Translations under genes and position numbers: made by a program
Part shown: positions 33,631 to 41,154 of the stretch, piece by piece
How the letters are laid out: every line of letters starts with the position of its first letter
How positions within the stretch are numbered: the stretch's first letter is position 1
The notes under the pieces: generated by a model
Database searches by the model: none
Seen by the model: only the letters and a program-made list of their open reading frames with translations
Told to the model about the DNA's origin: nothing
NCBI GenBank assembly: GCA_964555735.1
Contig: CAZKTS010000288.1
Coordinates: 1,069 to 65,068, forward strand
DNA: 64,000 nt
Direction: 5' to 3'
Source of the DNA: an uncultured Bifidobacteriaceae bacterium
GTDB lineage: Bacteria; Actinomycetota; Acidimicrobiia; IMCC26256; PALSA-555

Positions 33631-36351
33631 ATGTTGCTCGCGCTGCTGAATCAGGTTTCGATTTCGGGCACGACGCTCACGCCTGGCAGCGTGATCGATG
33701 ACGTCGCCGACCCGCAGCTTGCGGGGGCGGTGCTCGAAGCGGGCGGCATCCTGGTCAACCTGGGGACGCTCCAAGGGGCTCGCGCGGCGGACCTCGCGCA
33801 GCGCTTCGCGCGGCGTGGCGACACGACCGGCGCGGCGATCGCGGGCATCGGCGCGATGCTCGGCGCAGGAGGAGGCGGTGGCGGCGGTGGCGCGTGCGCG
33901 TCGACGTACTCGGTCCCGAGCGATGACTACCCGACGATCGAGGCGGCGCTGGCTGCGGCCAACGGCGCGGCCGGGCCTGCGCAGCCGATCACGGTGATGG
34001 TGTGCCCGGGGACGTACGTGGTGACGTCGACGCTCGACATCACGAACCCCTACGTGGACGTCACGGCTGAGAGCGAGGTCAGCGCGTTCGTGCTCGCGGC
34101 GCCGGGCGTCTCGCCGCTACTGCGCGTGAGTGCGCCGCCCGCGCTCGATGCGGTGCGCGTGCGCGGGCTCGTGCTGATGCGCTCGGATGCGGGCGTGATG
34201 CTCGACCTGACATCGCAGCAGAGCGTCTTCGTGGCCGACTGCGTGTTTCTGCGCACGGCGGCGTCTCCGGGCATCGTCTGCGTGCAGCAGTCGGCGTCGA
34301 CGTTCACGGTCCTGGAGCGGTGCTTCGTGGGGATCGATAGCGGCGGCCTGCCGTCGGGCTCGGCGTTCGTGGTGACGGATGGCCAGCTGACGCTGTCGGA
34401 CTGTCAGATCCAGGACGCGCTCGGATCGAGCGTGACGGGGCCCGGGTCGGCCGTGACGCTGAGCCGGTGCCTGATGCAGTCGGCGGCGACGGCGCAGGCG
34501 CTGCTGGTCACGGGCGGCGCGCGCTTGGACGCGAAGAGCCTGCAGCTGTTCGCGCCGAGTGCGGCGGCCGGCGTGGTGCTGAACGGCGCAGCGACGGGCG
34601 ACCTGGAGAGCTGCTCGATCAACGGCGACGCGCCCGCCGCTGCTGGTGTGCGCGCGCTGGGCTCGGCGTCCGTGCGCGTGCGCCTGAGCCAGATCCGGGC
34701 TGACGTCGGTGTCTACGGGGGCGGCGCGGTCGTGGAGCTGGAGTCGGTGCAGTACGCGACGACGACGGCGCTGCCTGGCGTGATGCTGACGGCCTCGGCG
34801 GGCGTGGCGCGTGCGCTGAATTGTGTCTGCTACCCGCCGCACATCCCGCTGGTGCAGTCAGCGGGTGTACCGTGCGCGATGCTCTGGGGCGAGCTGGCGA
34901 TGCAGAATGCGCTGATCGCGACGCCGCTGGATGTGCGCTGGGTCACGAGCGCGACGGCGGAGCTGGAGGTGCAGCACCTCAACGGGTCGTGGGCGAGCTT
35001 CGCGATCCGGTCGCCATACACGCCGACAAGCCCGAGCGACCCCAACGGGGCCGTGGGTGCGATCAATTGGGGCGACTCGACCACCCATCCGCCGCTGCTG
35101 AGCGTGCGATCGAGCACTGGCTGGGCCAGCGTGCCGATGGGCGGGGTAGCTGACCTCGCGAGCGTGACGGCGCTACCGGGGGCGTTGCGCCCTGGCGCCT
35201 CGGTGTGGTGCGCGGAGGTGCGCGCGTCATTCGTGCTGACTGACTTTGCGGCACCGCTCGCGGTCAACGGGGTCACGGTGCTGGCGACGGCGCTGGGCGG
35301 CAATACGCGCTGGGAGCGCGTGCAGGGTGGGCCGCAGTCGGATCTGGCGCTGTACGGCGACGGGCGAGACGGTGTCGCCACGATCAGCGCGCCGGTCACG
35401 CTGACGCGCGACATGTTCTACGCCGATCTGACCCTGACCCCGGGTGCCGCCATCACGACGGCGGGATTCGCGATCTACGTGGCCGGGGTGCTGGACCTCA
35501 GCACCGCCCCAGCCGGGGCGATCGCGCGCAGTGGCGCCAACGGCGCCAACGGCGCCACGGTGGGCACCGGAGGCGGCGCAGGCGCGGCTTTGGCCGCGGT
35601 GGCCACGGGGGGCTCTGGCGCGGGCACCGCGGGCGGTGCGGGCGGCGTAGCGGCCGGCGTGCAGGCTACGGCGCCGACGGCGCAGAACCCGGGCAACGGC
35701 GGCGTCGGCGGGCTCGGCGCGGCCGGCGGCTCGGGCTCGGGTGGCGCCGGCGGCGCGGCCCGCGCTGGCGCGGCGGTCACTGCGTACCCGCGGGGCGTGC
35801 TGACCACGCAGCTCACGCGAGGCGCGGCGATCATTCAGGGCGGCGCCGGCGGTGCCGGCGGTGGTGGCGGCGGCGGCGATGCGACCTCGGGCGGCGGCGG
35901 TGGCGGTGGTGCGAGCGGCGGCGGCGTGGTGCTGGTGTGCGCGCGCACGATCCAGAGAGGCGGCGGCACGGCGGCGGGTGCGATCCGGGCGCTGGGTGGC
36001 ACCGCAGGCAACGGCGGCTCGGCGACGGCGGGCAATCGCGGCGGCGGCGGTGGTGGTGGTGGTGGCGGCGGTGGGTGGGTGATGGTGATCTATGATCAGC
36101 TCATCGGTGCGGCCGCGCCGAATGCGGTGGCGTGCAACGGCGGCAACGGCGGCACGGGCGGCAACGGCTTCGGCACTGGTATCGGCGGCACGGGCGGCAC
36201 GGGCGGCGCCGGTGGGCGCGTGACGCTCATGTCGCCGCTGGTGGGCACGATCGCCGATTCGGTCGGTGGTGCTGGGTCGGCCGGCAGCGCGGGCGCTGGT
36301 ACGGTGGGCGGCGCGGGTGGTGGCGGTGCAGCCTTCGCGGTGACGCTATGA
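33631..36351 (+). CDS. tail spike/fibre B (906 aa): shared N-terminal module, beta-helix-like middle, extreme glycine-rich C-terminal region
   Basis: The N-terminus is paralogous to 29565. Residues ~100-400 show ~25-30 aa periodic V/L/C repeats like a parallel beta-helix. The last ~270 aa carry poly-Gly runs (G7, G7, G12) separated by short segments. Confidence 0.7.
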   Translation: MLLALLNQVSISGTTLTPGSVIDDVADPQLAGAVLEAGGILVNLGTLQGARAADLAQRFARRGDTTGAAIAGIGAMLGAGGGGGGGGACASTYSVPSDDYPTIEAALAAANGAAGPAQPITVMVCPGTYVVTSTLDITNPYVDVTAESEVSAFVLAAPGVSPLLRVSAPPALDAVRVRGLVLMRSDAGVMLDLTSQQSVFVADCVFLRTAASPGIVCVQQSASTFTVLERCFVGIDSGGLPSGSAFVVTDGQLTLSDCQIQDALGSSVTGPGSAVTLSRCLMQSAATAQALLVTGGARLDAKSLQLFAPSAAAGVVLNGAATGDLESCSINGDAPAAAGVRALGSASVRVRLSQIRADVGVYGGGAVVELESVQYATTTALPGVMLTASAGVARALNCVCYPPHIPLVQSAGVPCAMLWGELAMQNALIATPLDVRWVTSATAELEVQHLNGSWASFAIRSPYTPTSPSDPNGAVGAINWGDSTTHPPLLSVRSSTGWASVPMGGVADLASVTALPGALRPGASVWCAEVRASFVLTDFAAPLAVNGVTVLATALGGNTRWERVQGGPQSDLALYGDGRDGVATISAPVTLTRDMFYADLTLTPGAAITTAGFAIYVAGVLDLSTAPAGAIARSGANGANGATVGTGGGAGAALAAVATGGSGAGTAGGAGGVAAGVQATAPTAQNPGNGGVGGLGAAGGSGSGGAGGAARAGAAVTAYPRGVLTTQLTRGAAIIQGGAGGAGGGGGGGDATSGGGGGGGASGGGVVLVCARTIQRGGGTAAGAIRALGGTAGNGGSATAGNRGGGGGGGGGGGGWVMVIYDQLIGAAAPNAVACNGGNGGTGGNGFGTGIGGTGGTGGAGGRVTLMSPLVGTIADSVGGAGSAGSAGAGTVGGAGGGGAAFAVTL

Positions 36352-36521
36352 GCGGCGACGTGAGCGTGAGCTACGTCTACGTCCCGGCCCTGCCGAGTGA
36401 TCTGCCGCCGCTGCGCGTGGCCGAGGGGAAGATCGTAGTCGATACGGCGATCGCGTTGACGCCGGCGGAGCTGATCGTGCTCGACGCGCACTTCGCGGCG
36501 CGCGGATACCGGAGGGAGTGA
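36348..36521 (+). CDS. small protein (57 aa), paralog 1 of a tandem pair
   Basis: ATGA overlap with the fibre stop. The C-terminus reads ...IALTPAELIVLDAHFAARGYRRE. Confidence 0.5.
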   Translation: MSGDVSVSYVYVPALPSDLPPLRVAEGKIVVDTAIALTPAELIVLDAHFAARGYRRE

Positions 36522-36522
36522 G

Positions 36523-36693
36523 ATGTGGTCCTACGGCTACACGTTCAAGGTGCCTGAGATGCTCGGGCTGCCGCCCGAGCTGCAGCCGACGCAGGGCAAC
36601 GAGGTCGTCTTCACGTCGAGCGTCGAGCTGACGCCTGAGCAGAAGTCGGCGCTCGATGCGTTCATGATCGGCAAGGGTTACGATCCCGAGTGA
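36523..36693 (+). CDS. small protein (56 aa, not in the ORF track), paralog 2 of a tandem pair
   Basis: My own translation gives MWSYGYTFKVPEMLGLPPELQPTQGNEVVFTSSVELTPEQKSALDAFMIGKGYDPE. It shares the V.LTP.E...LDA....GY..E tail with 36348. Confidence 0.5.
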   Translation: MWSYGYTFKVPEMLGLPPELQPTQGNEVVFTSSVELTPEQKSALDAFMIGKGYDPE

Positions 36694-36709
36694 CGCCGGT
36701 GTGTGCGGT

Positions 36710-36719
36710 GCGCTATTCG
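36710..36719 (+). promoter_or_regulatory. class-E box GCGCTATTCG, 7 nt before ATG 36727
   Basis: gtGCGCTATTCGtgagtgcATG. Confidence 0.45.
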
Positions 36720-36726
36720 TGAGTGC

Positions 36727-36987
36727 ATGCGCGTCTCTCTGGTCGATGTGCTGGAGGCGGTGCGAGCGGAGTTCGCGCGCGGTCATCACCCGCGGGCGCT
36801 CGTGCGGCTGGGTGATGGGTGGATCGAGTGCTGGACGCTGACGGTGGCGCCTGAGCGGGCCGCCGGCCTGCGGCGTCACCTCGGGTCGCGCTGCCGGTGG
36901 CCGGCGGCGGGGATGCCCGAGGTGCCCGGGTACACGCCGATCGCGCTGATCCACGGCGATCTGCTGATTCTCGCCCGCCAACCTTGA
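36727..36987 (+). CDS. hypothetical protein (86 aa)
   Basis: ATG 36727 lies 7 nt after a GCGCTATTCG box. Confidence 0.45.
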   Translation: MRVSLVDVLEAVRAEFARGHHPRALVRLGDGWIECWTLTVAPERAAGLRRHLGSRCRWPAAGMPEVPGYTPIALIHGDLLILARQP

Positions 36988-37012
36988 CAGCCCTATGCAC
37001 CGGGCATATACC
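36984..37012 (+). promoter_or_regulatory. canonical sigma70-type promoter TTGACA-N17-TATACC upstream of the UvrD-like helicase operon
   Basis: Perfect -35 TTGACA at 36984-36989, a 17-nt spacer, TATACC at 37007-37012, ~38 nt before ATG 37050. Confidence 0.6.
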
Positions 37013-37049
37013 TGGGGCGCGGCTGAGATGGCGGCCGCGGAGGCACCCC

Positions 37050-38561
37050 ATGATCAACACGTTCCTGGCTCACAGTGATTCGGCGGATGAGGCGGCACCG
37101 GCGTCGGCGCCGGTGAAGGCGGCGCGCGAGTGGTCGCCATACCAGGCGGCTGTGTTCGCGGACGTCGAGAGCGGCGAGGGCAACACGATCGTCTCGGCGC
37201 GCGCCGGAAGCGGCAAGACGTCGACGATCGTGGAGGCGCTGCGCTACTTGCCGCCCGGCAGCAAGGCGCTGCTGGTCGCCTTCAACAAGAATATCGCGCA
37301 GGAGCTGTCCACGCGCGCGCCCAAGGGTGTCGACGTGATGACGCTGCACAGCTACGGGCTGCGCGCCGTCAAGGCGCGCAACCGCGCCGCGGAGATCGAC
37401 AGCGACAAGTCGCGCAACATCGCACGCGAGCTGTACGGCGATGATGCGAAGTTCTTCGGGGCGGCCTTGCCCAAGGCGGTCGGGCTCGCGAAGAACTTGC
37501 TCCTCTCGACGGCGGAGGAGATCGACGCGGTGCTCGACGGGTACGGGGTCGACATTCCGGGGCCGGCGACGGCGGCGGCGCGGGCGAAGTTCGTGGCCGC
37601 GGTGGTCGCGGTGGTCGAGGCGAGCAAGCGCGACCTCGACACGATCGACTTCGACGACATGATCTGGCTGCCGGTGGTCCTGCGCTTGCCGACGCCGCGA
37701 TACGCGCGGGTCTTTGTGGACGAAACGCAAGACCTCAACCCCTGCCAGATCGAGCTGGTGCTCGGGTCGGTGGCGACCGGCGGCCGCGTGACGGCGGTGG
37801 GCGATGACCGGCAGGCGATCTACGGCTTCCGCGGCGCCGACCGCAACGCGATGGAGCGCGTCCGCGCCGCACTCGGCGCGAAGGTGCTGCCGCTGTCCAT
37901 CACGTATCGCTGCGCGACGGCGATCGTGAAGGTGGCGCAGGCGATCGTGCCCGACCTGGAGGCGGCGCCGGGTGCGGCGGAGGGTAGCGTGGCAGAGCTG
38001 CCGTGGGCGCAGGCGTCGCAGCGGCTGGAGGCGGGCGACATGGTGATCTCGCGCACGAACGCGCCGCTGGTGCGGGAGCTGCTGCGCGCGGTGCGCGCGG
38101 GGCGCCGGGCGACGATGCTCGGGCGCGACTTCGGCCAGGCGTTGACCGGGCTGATTCGCAAGAGCAAGGCGGCGACGATCGCGCAGCTCGACGCCTACAT
38201 CGACCAGTGGGAGGCGCGCGAGGTGGCGCGGCTGGACGCGAAGGGGCGCGACACGGGCGCGGTGCGCGATCGCGCCGACACGCTGCGCGCGCTGGCCGAG
38301 GGGGCGACCTCGCCCGAGCAGGTGATCTCGACGATCGAGAGGTACTTCGCCGAGAACGCGGCGAAGGACGCGGTCGTGTTCTCCTCGACTCACAAGGCGA
38401 AGGGCTTGGAGGCGCACCGGGTGGTGCTCTTCGCCGACACGTACCGGCCGGGTCGCTCGGTCGAGGAGGATAACCTCTGGTATGTCGCGGTGACGCGCGC
38501 CAAGGTGGAGCTGGTGCTGGCGTACGGCGCCGGGCAGGACGACGAGCAGGGGGCGGCGTGA
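37050..38561 (+). CDS. UvrD/PcrA/Rep-family SF1 helicase (503 aa)
   Basis: Motifs ARAGSGKTST (I), VFVDETQDLNP (II), VGDDRQAIYGFRGA (III), ITYRC (IV), STHKAKGLEAHRVVLF (V), YVAVTRAKVELVL (VI). A canonical promoter lies upstream. Confidence 0.9.
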   Translation: MINTFLAHSDSADEAAPASAPVKAAREWSPYQAAVFADVESGEGNTIVSARAGSGKTSTIVEALRYLPPGSKALLVAFNKNIAQELSTRAPKGVDVMTLHSYGLRAVKARNRAAEIDSDKSRNIARELYGDDAKFFGAALPKAVGLAKNLLLSTAEEIDAVLDGYGVDIPGPATAAARAKFVAAVVAVVEASKRDLDTIDFDDMIWLPVVLRLPTPRYARVFVDETQDLNPCQIELVLGSVATGGRVTAVGDDRQAIYGFRGADRNAMERVRAALGAKVLPLSITYRCATAIVKVAQAIVPDLEAAPGAAEGSVAELPWAQASQRLEAGDMVISRTNAPLVRELLRAVRAGRRATMLGRDFGQALTGLIRKSKAATIAQLDAYIDQWEAREVARLDAKGRDTGAVRDRADTLRALAEGATSPEQVISTIERYFAENAAKDAVVFSSTHKAKGLEAHRVVLFADTYRPGRSVEEDNLWYVAVTRAKVELVLAYGAGQDDEQGAA

Positions 38562-39154
38562 TGCCGCCCCGGGTCCGCACTCGCAAGGGGTCGCATCCGG
38601 TCGGGGAGATGATCTGGTCGTACGGGTCGAATCTCTACACGCCGCAGGCGCTGAGCCGGTGCCCGAGCGCGGTGCGGGTGGGTCCGGCGGCGCTGCACGA
38701 CCACGCGATCGAGTTCGTCGGGTACTCGGCGGGCTGGGGCGGCGGGGTCGCGACGGTGATCCCGGCGCACGGGTCGCAGGTCGACGGCGAGCTGATGATC
38801 GTGCGGGAGAGCGATCTGGCGCGGCTCGATGCGTACGAGGGGGCGCCGGACGTCTACCAGCGGATCAAGGTGGAGGTGGTGGCGACCGCGACCGACGGCG
38901 CGCCGTACCGCGTGCCGTGCTGGACGTATCGGCACACTCGCGGGGTGAGTGCGCGGCGCGACCCGAGCGCGGCCTACATCGCGCGCATCGCGGCGGGATA
39001 CGGGCGACTCGGCTTCGATCTGACGCCGGTGATCGCGGCGATGGGCCGCGCGAATGCTGCGCGGTGGACACAGACTCAGCTGACGTGGGAGCGAGAGCAT
39101 GCGACAAATCGAGATCCGAATCCTGGCCCTGGACCCGGCCGCCGTAGTCGGTGA
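38558..39154 (+). CDS. gamma-glutamylcyclotransferase (GGCT/AIG2-like fold) with ~65-aa C-terminal extension
   Basis: WSYGSNL...RCPSA ... WGGGVATVIP ... VDGELM ... LARLDAYEG ... YQRIKVEV ... PCWTY is collinear with the human GGCT pattern (YGSNL, PSA, WHGGIATI, LDEQEG catalytic Glu). Start is GTG 38558, ATG 38561 or ATG 38609. Confidence 0.85.
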   Translation: MMPPRVRTRKGSHPVGEMIWSYGSNLYTPQALSRCPSAVRVGPAALHDHAIEFVGYSAGWGGGVATVIPAHGSQVDGELMIVRESDLARLDAYEGAPDVYQRIKVEVVATATDGAPYRVPCWTYRHTRGVSARRDPSAAYIARIAAGYGRLGFDLTPVIAAMGRANAARWTQTQLTWEREHATNRDPNPGPGPGRRSR

Positions 39155-39398
39155 GGTGCGCGAGCTGGCGCTAGTGCGCGGCTGGCAGTGGGGCGGCGCG
39201 CGAGACAATCCGATCGGCGCGACGGCGGGCACGGTGGCGCCGGAGACGGCCGACCAGATCCGTGCGCTGCGGGCGCAGGGGCTCTCGATCGGGGCCATCG
39301 TGGCGACGCTGAATGAGCAGGGCGTGACGGGCCCGCGCGGCGGGCGGTGGTGGCCGCGGACGGTACACCTCGCGCTGCGGCGGCTGGGGCTCTCGTGA
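39099..39398 (+). CDS. small DNA-binding protein resembling the 'Recombinase' wHTH domain of serine recombinases (no catalytic domain)
   Basis: IRALRAQGLSIGAIVATLNEQGVTGPRGGRWWPRTVHLALRR matches the i..l...G.s...Ia..Ln..g..t.rGg.W....V..il pattern. The alternative start is GTG 39156. Confidence 0.55.
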   Translation: MRQIEIRILALDPAAVVGEVRELALVRGWQWGGARDNPIGATAGTVAPETADQIRALRAQGLSIGAIVATLNEQGVTGPRGGRWWPRTVHLALRRLGLS

Positions 39399-40393
39399 CT
39401 CGCGTGGTGACGGGCGGCCCGGAGCTGCGCGCGGCGCTGCAATCGACCACGGCGGAGGCGCTGGCGCTCGAATCTGAGCCGATCGCTGAGGTGCAGCGGT
39501 GCGTGGCCGACGTCATGCGCCTGCTGGCCGACGTGCCAATCGCGCCCGAGGTGCCATCGGCGGCGGTCGTGCAAGCGGTCATCGACTGGCTGTGGGAGCG
39601 GCGGGTGGTCGTGCGCGCGCCGACGGGCGCGACGCTGGCGGCGGCGGCGATCGTGGCCGAGTCGCGGGACATCCAGCTGCGATGGCACTGGGGCGTCCGG
39701 TGGGTGGCGGCGGCGTATCCGACGGTCGACCTCGCCACGCCGCAGTTCGTCGCGGCGCTGCTGTGCTCGGGGCACGACCCCGAGCAGGAGCTGCGAGCGC
39801 CGTGGCCGGCGTTCCTGCTGCGCATACCGCCCGGGACGGGCCTGCCGGCTGAGCTGATCATGGTGGCGCGCGTGACCGACCCGGACGAAGGGCTGGCGAT
39901 CGTGGCGCTCGGCCGGAGCTATTCGTGGTGGCAGCGCGTGACGGTGGCGCAGCTGTGCGCGCCGGACTTCGCGCTCGACCAGCCCGACACGGCGACGGAG
40001 GTGCCGATGGATGCGGCCGACGTGCGGGTGCAGACCGCGCTGCGTGCGCTGGTGCGCAGCGTGCTCGCGTGGGTGGCCGACCCGGAGCGGGTGCAGGCGG
40101 CGCGTGTGGGGCCATCGAGCCCGAAGGCTGAGCGGGCGCGCGCGGCTGCGCGTCGTGGTCTTCCGCTCGATCGGTACGTGCTGACGGCTCCGATCCGAAT
40201 CGATGCGCGCCCGGTGGTAGCGGCGTACCTCGCCGGCGAGAGGGCGCGGCCTGGTGTGCGGTCGCTCGTGCGCGGGTTCTGGCGGCGGCAGGCGTGCGGT
40301 GCTGGGCGCGTGGATCGGGTGTGGCGGTGGATCGAGCCGCACTGGCGCGGCGGCGAAGACCTCCCGATCGCGGTGCGGGTGCATCGGCCGTGA
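39395..40393 (+). CDS. hypothetical protein (332 aa)
   Basis: GTGA overlap. High GC3. No motif recognised. Confidence 0.55.
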   Translation: MTRVVTGGPELRAALQSTTAEALALESEPIAEVQRCVADVMRLLADVPIAPEVPSAAVVQAVIDWLWERRVVVRAPTGATLAAAAIVAESRDIQLRWHWGVRWVAAAYPTVDLATPQFVAALLCSGHDPEQELRAPWPAFLLRIPPGTGLPAELIMVARVTDPDEGLAIVALGRSYSWWQRVTVAQLCAPDFALDQPDTATEVPMDAADVRVQTALRALVRSVLAWVADPERVQAARVGPSSPKAERARAAARRGLPLDRYVLTAPIRIDARPVVAAYLAGERARPGVRSLVRGFWRRQACGAGRVDRVWRWIEPHWRGGEDLPIAVRVHRP

Positions 40394-40566
40394 GGCGGGC
40401 GCGGCACCCGACGATCGAGCCGATGACGGTCCAGATCCGTACCCGGGCCGAGGTCGGCGACAACGACCGCACGGTCGAGCTGCTCACACGCCTGGCGAGG
40501 AGCCGAGGGTGGGAGCTGACCGTCACGCGGCGGCACCCGCGCCGGGCGCCCCGCCAGCCCGCCTAA
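40390..40566 (+). CDS. hypothetical small protein (58 aa)
   Basis: GTGA overlap (alternative start ATG 40423). High GC3. Last ORF before the non-coding region. Confidence 0.35.
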   Translation: MRRARHPTIEPMTVQIRTRAEVGDNDRTVELLTRLARSRGWELTVTRRHPRRAPRQPA

Positions 40567-40790
40567 TCGCCGCGCTGGCGCGCCTTCGAGTGGTCGCCCA
40601 CCCCTGACCCGCCCGCCCGGGCAAAGCGCGCCTACGGGGCTCCTACGGGCCCCGGGCGCCAATGGGCCTAATCGCCTCGCTGGCGCGTCGGGCGAGGCTG
40701 GGGCACCTAGCACCCGTCCGGCGCCCAAAAGCGCGCCTACGGGGCGCCTGTGCGGCCCGGCGGGCGGTCTTGGCCCTGGGGCGAGGGGAA
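40558..40790 (+). repeat. composite intergenic repeat, copy C (double)
   Basis: Contains CCTAATCGCC.CGCTGGCGCG twice (~40563 and ~40667), AAAGCGCGCCTACGGGG twice (40623-40639 and 40728-40744) and GGGCACCTAGCACCCG (40701-40716). Confidence 0.75.
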
Positions 40791-40793
40791 GTG

Positions 40794-40864
40794 CCGCCCG
40801 CGTACCCGTCGGTCGTGCGGTCGAGGGGATGGGCGCTCCGACATCGGGCCGGGTACGCGGGCGG
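40794..40864. repeat. 14-bp perfect inverted repeat (CCGCCCGCGTACCC / GGGTACGCGGGCGG), 43-nt spacer
   Basis: Arms at 40794-40807 and 40851-40864. Confidence 0.75.
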
Positions 40865-40947
40865 CGAGGTGCAGCCTACCACGGGCGGCCGCGCTCGATC
40901 GGGGTCGGGGCTTGGCCGGTCCTTGCCGGTCTTCGACAAGCCTCGGC

Positions 40948-40969
40948 GAGCGCATGTCCGCATGCGCTC
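40948..40969. repeat. 9-bp stem / 4-nt loop hairpin GAGCGCATG-tccg-CATGCGCTC
   Basis: Perfect palindrome arms. Confidence 0.75.
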
Positions 40970-41070
40970 GCGCGCGCCGCCCGGCGGGCGGCGCAATCGC
41001 GTCACGGCCGGCGCGGATCGGCCTACGGCCGATAAGCCTCTTCGATGATTCCCTGAGGAGAATCTCTGAC

Positions 41071-41128
41071 GCGCACGGGCGCGCTTGCGCGCACGTACGC
41101 ATGTACCCGCGTGGGCGCGCCCGTGCGC
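41071..41128. repeat. 14-bp perfect inverted repeat (GCGCACGGGCGCGC / GCGCGCCCGTGCGC), 30-nt spacer
   Basis: Arms at 41071-41084 and 41115-41128, followed by (CGCACA)n-like repeats. Confidence 0.75.
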
Positions 41129-41154
41129 ACACGCACACGCACGCGCGGGCGCGC

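Noticed and set aside
35531-36340. A highly repetitive GGC/GGT-rich stretch that could be taken for a tandem-repeat array or CRISPR-like locus.
   Set aside because: There are no regular repeat/spacer units. It stays in-frame within the 906-aa spike ORF and encodes Gly tracts interrupted by hydrophobic beta-like segments.
29565-36693. A diversity-generating retroelement targeting the fibre genes.
   Set aside because: I recognised no reverse transcriptase gene anywhere in the window, and I could find no template/variable repeat pair with adenine-specific differences near the fibre 3' ends.
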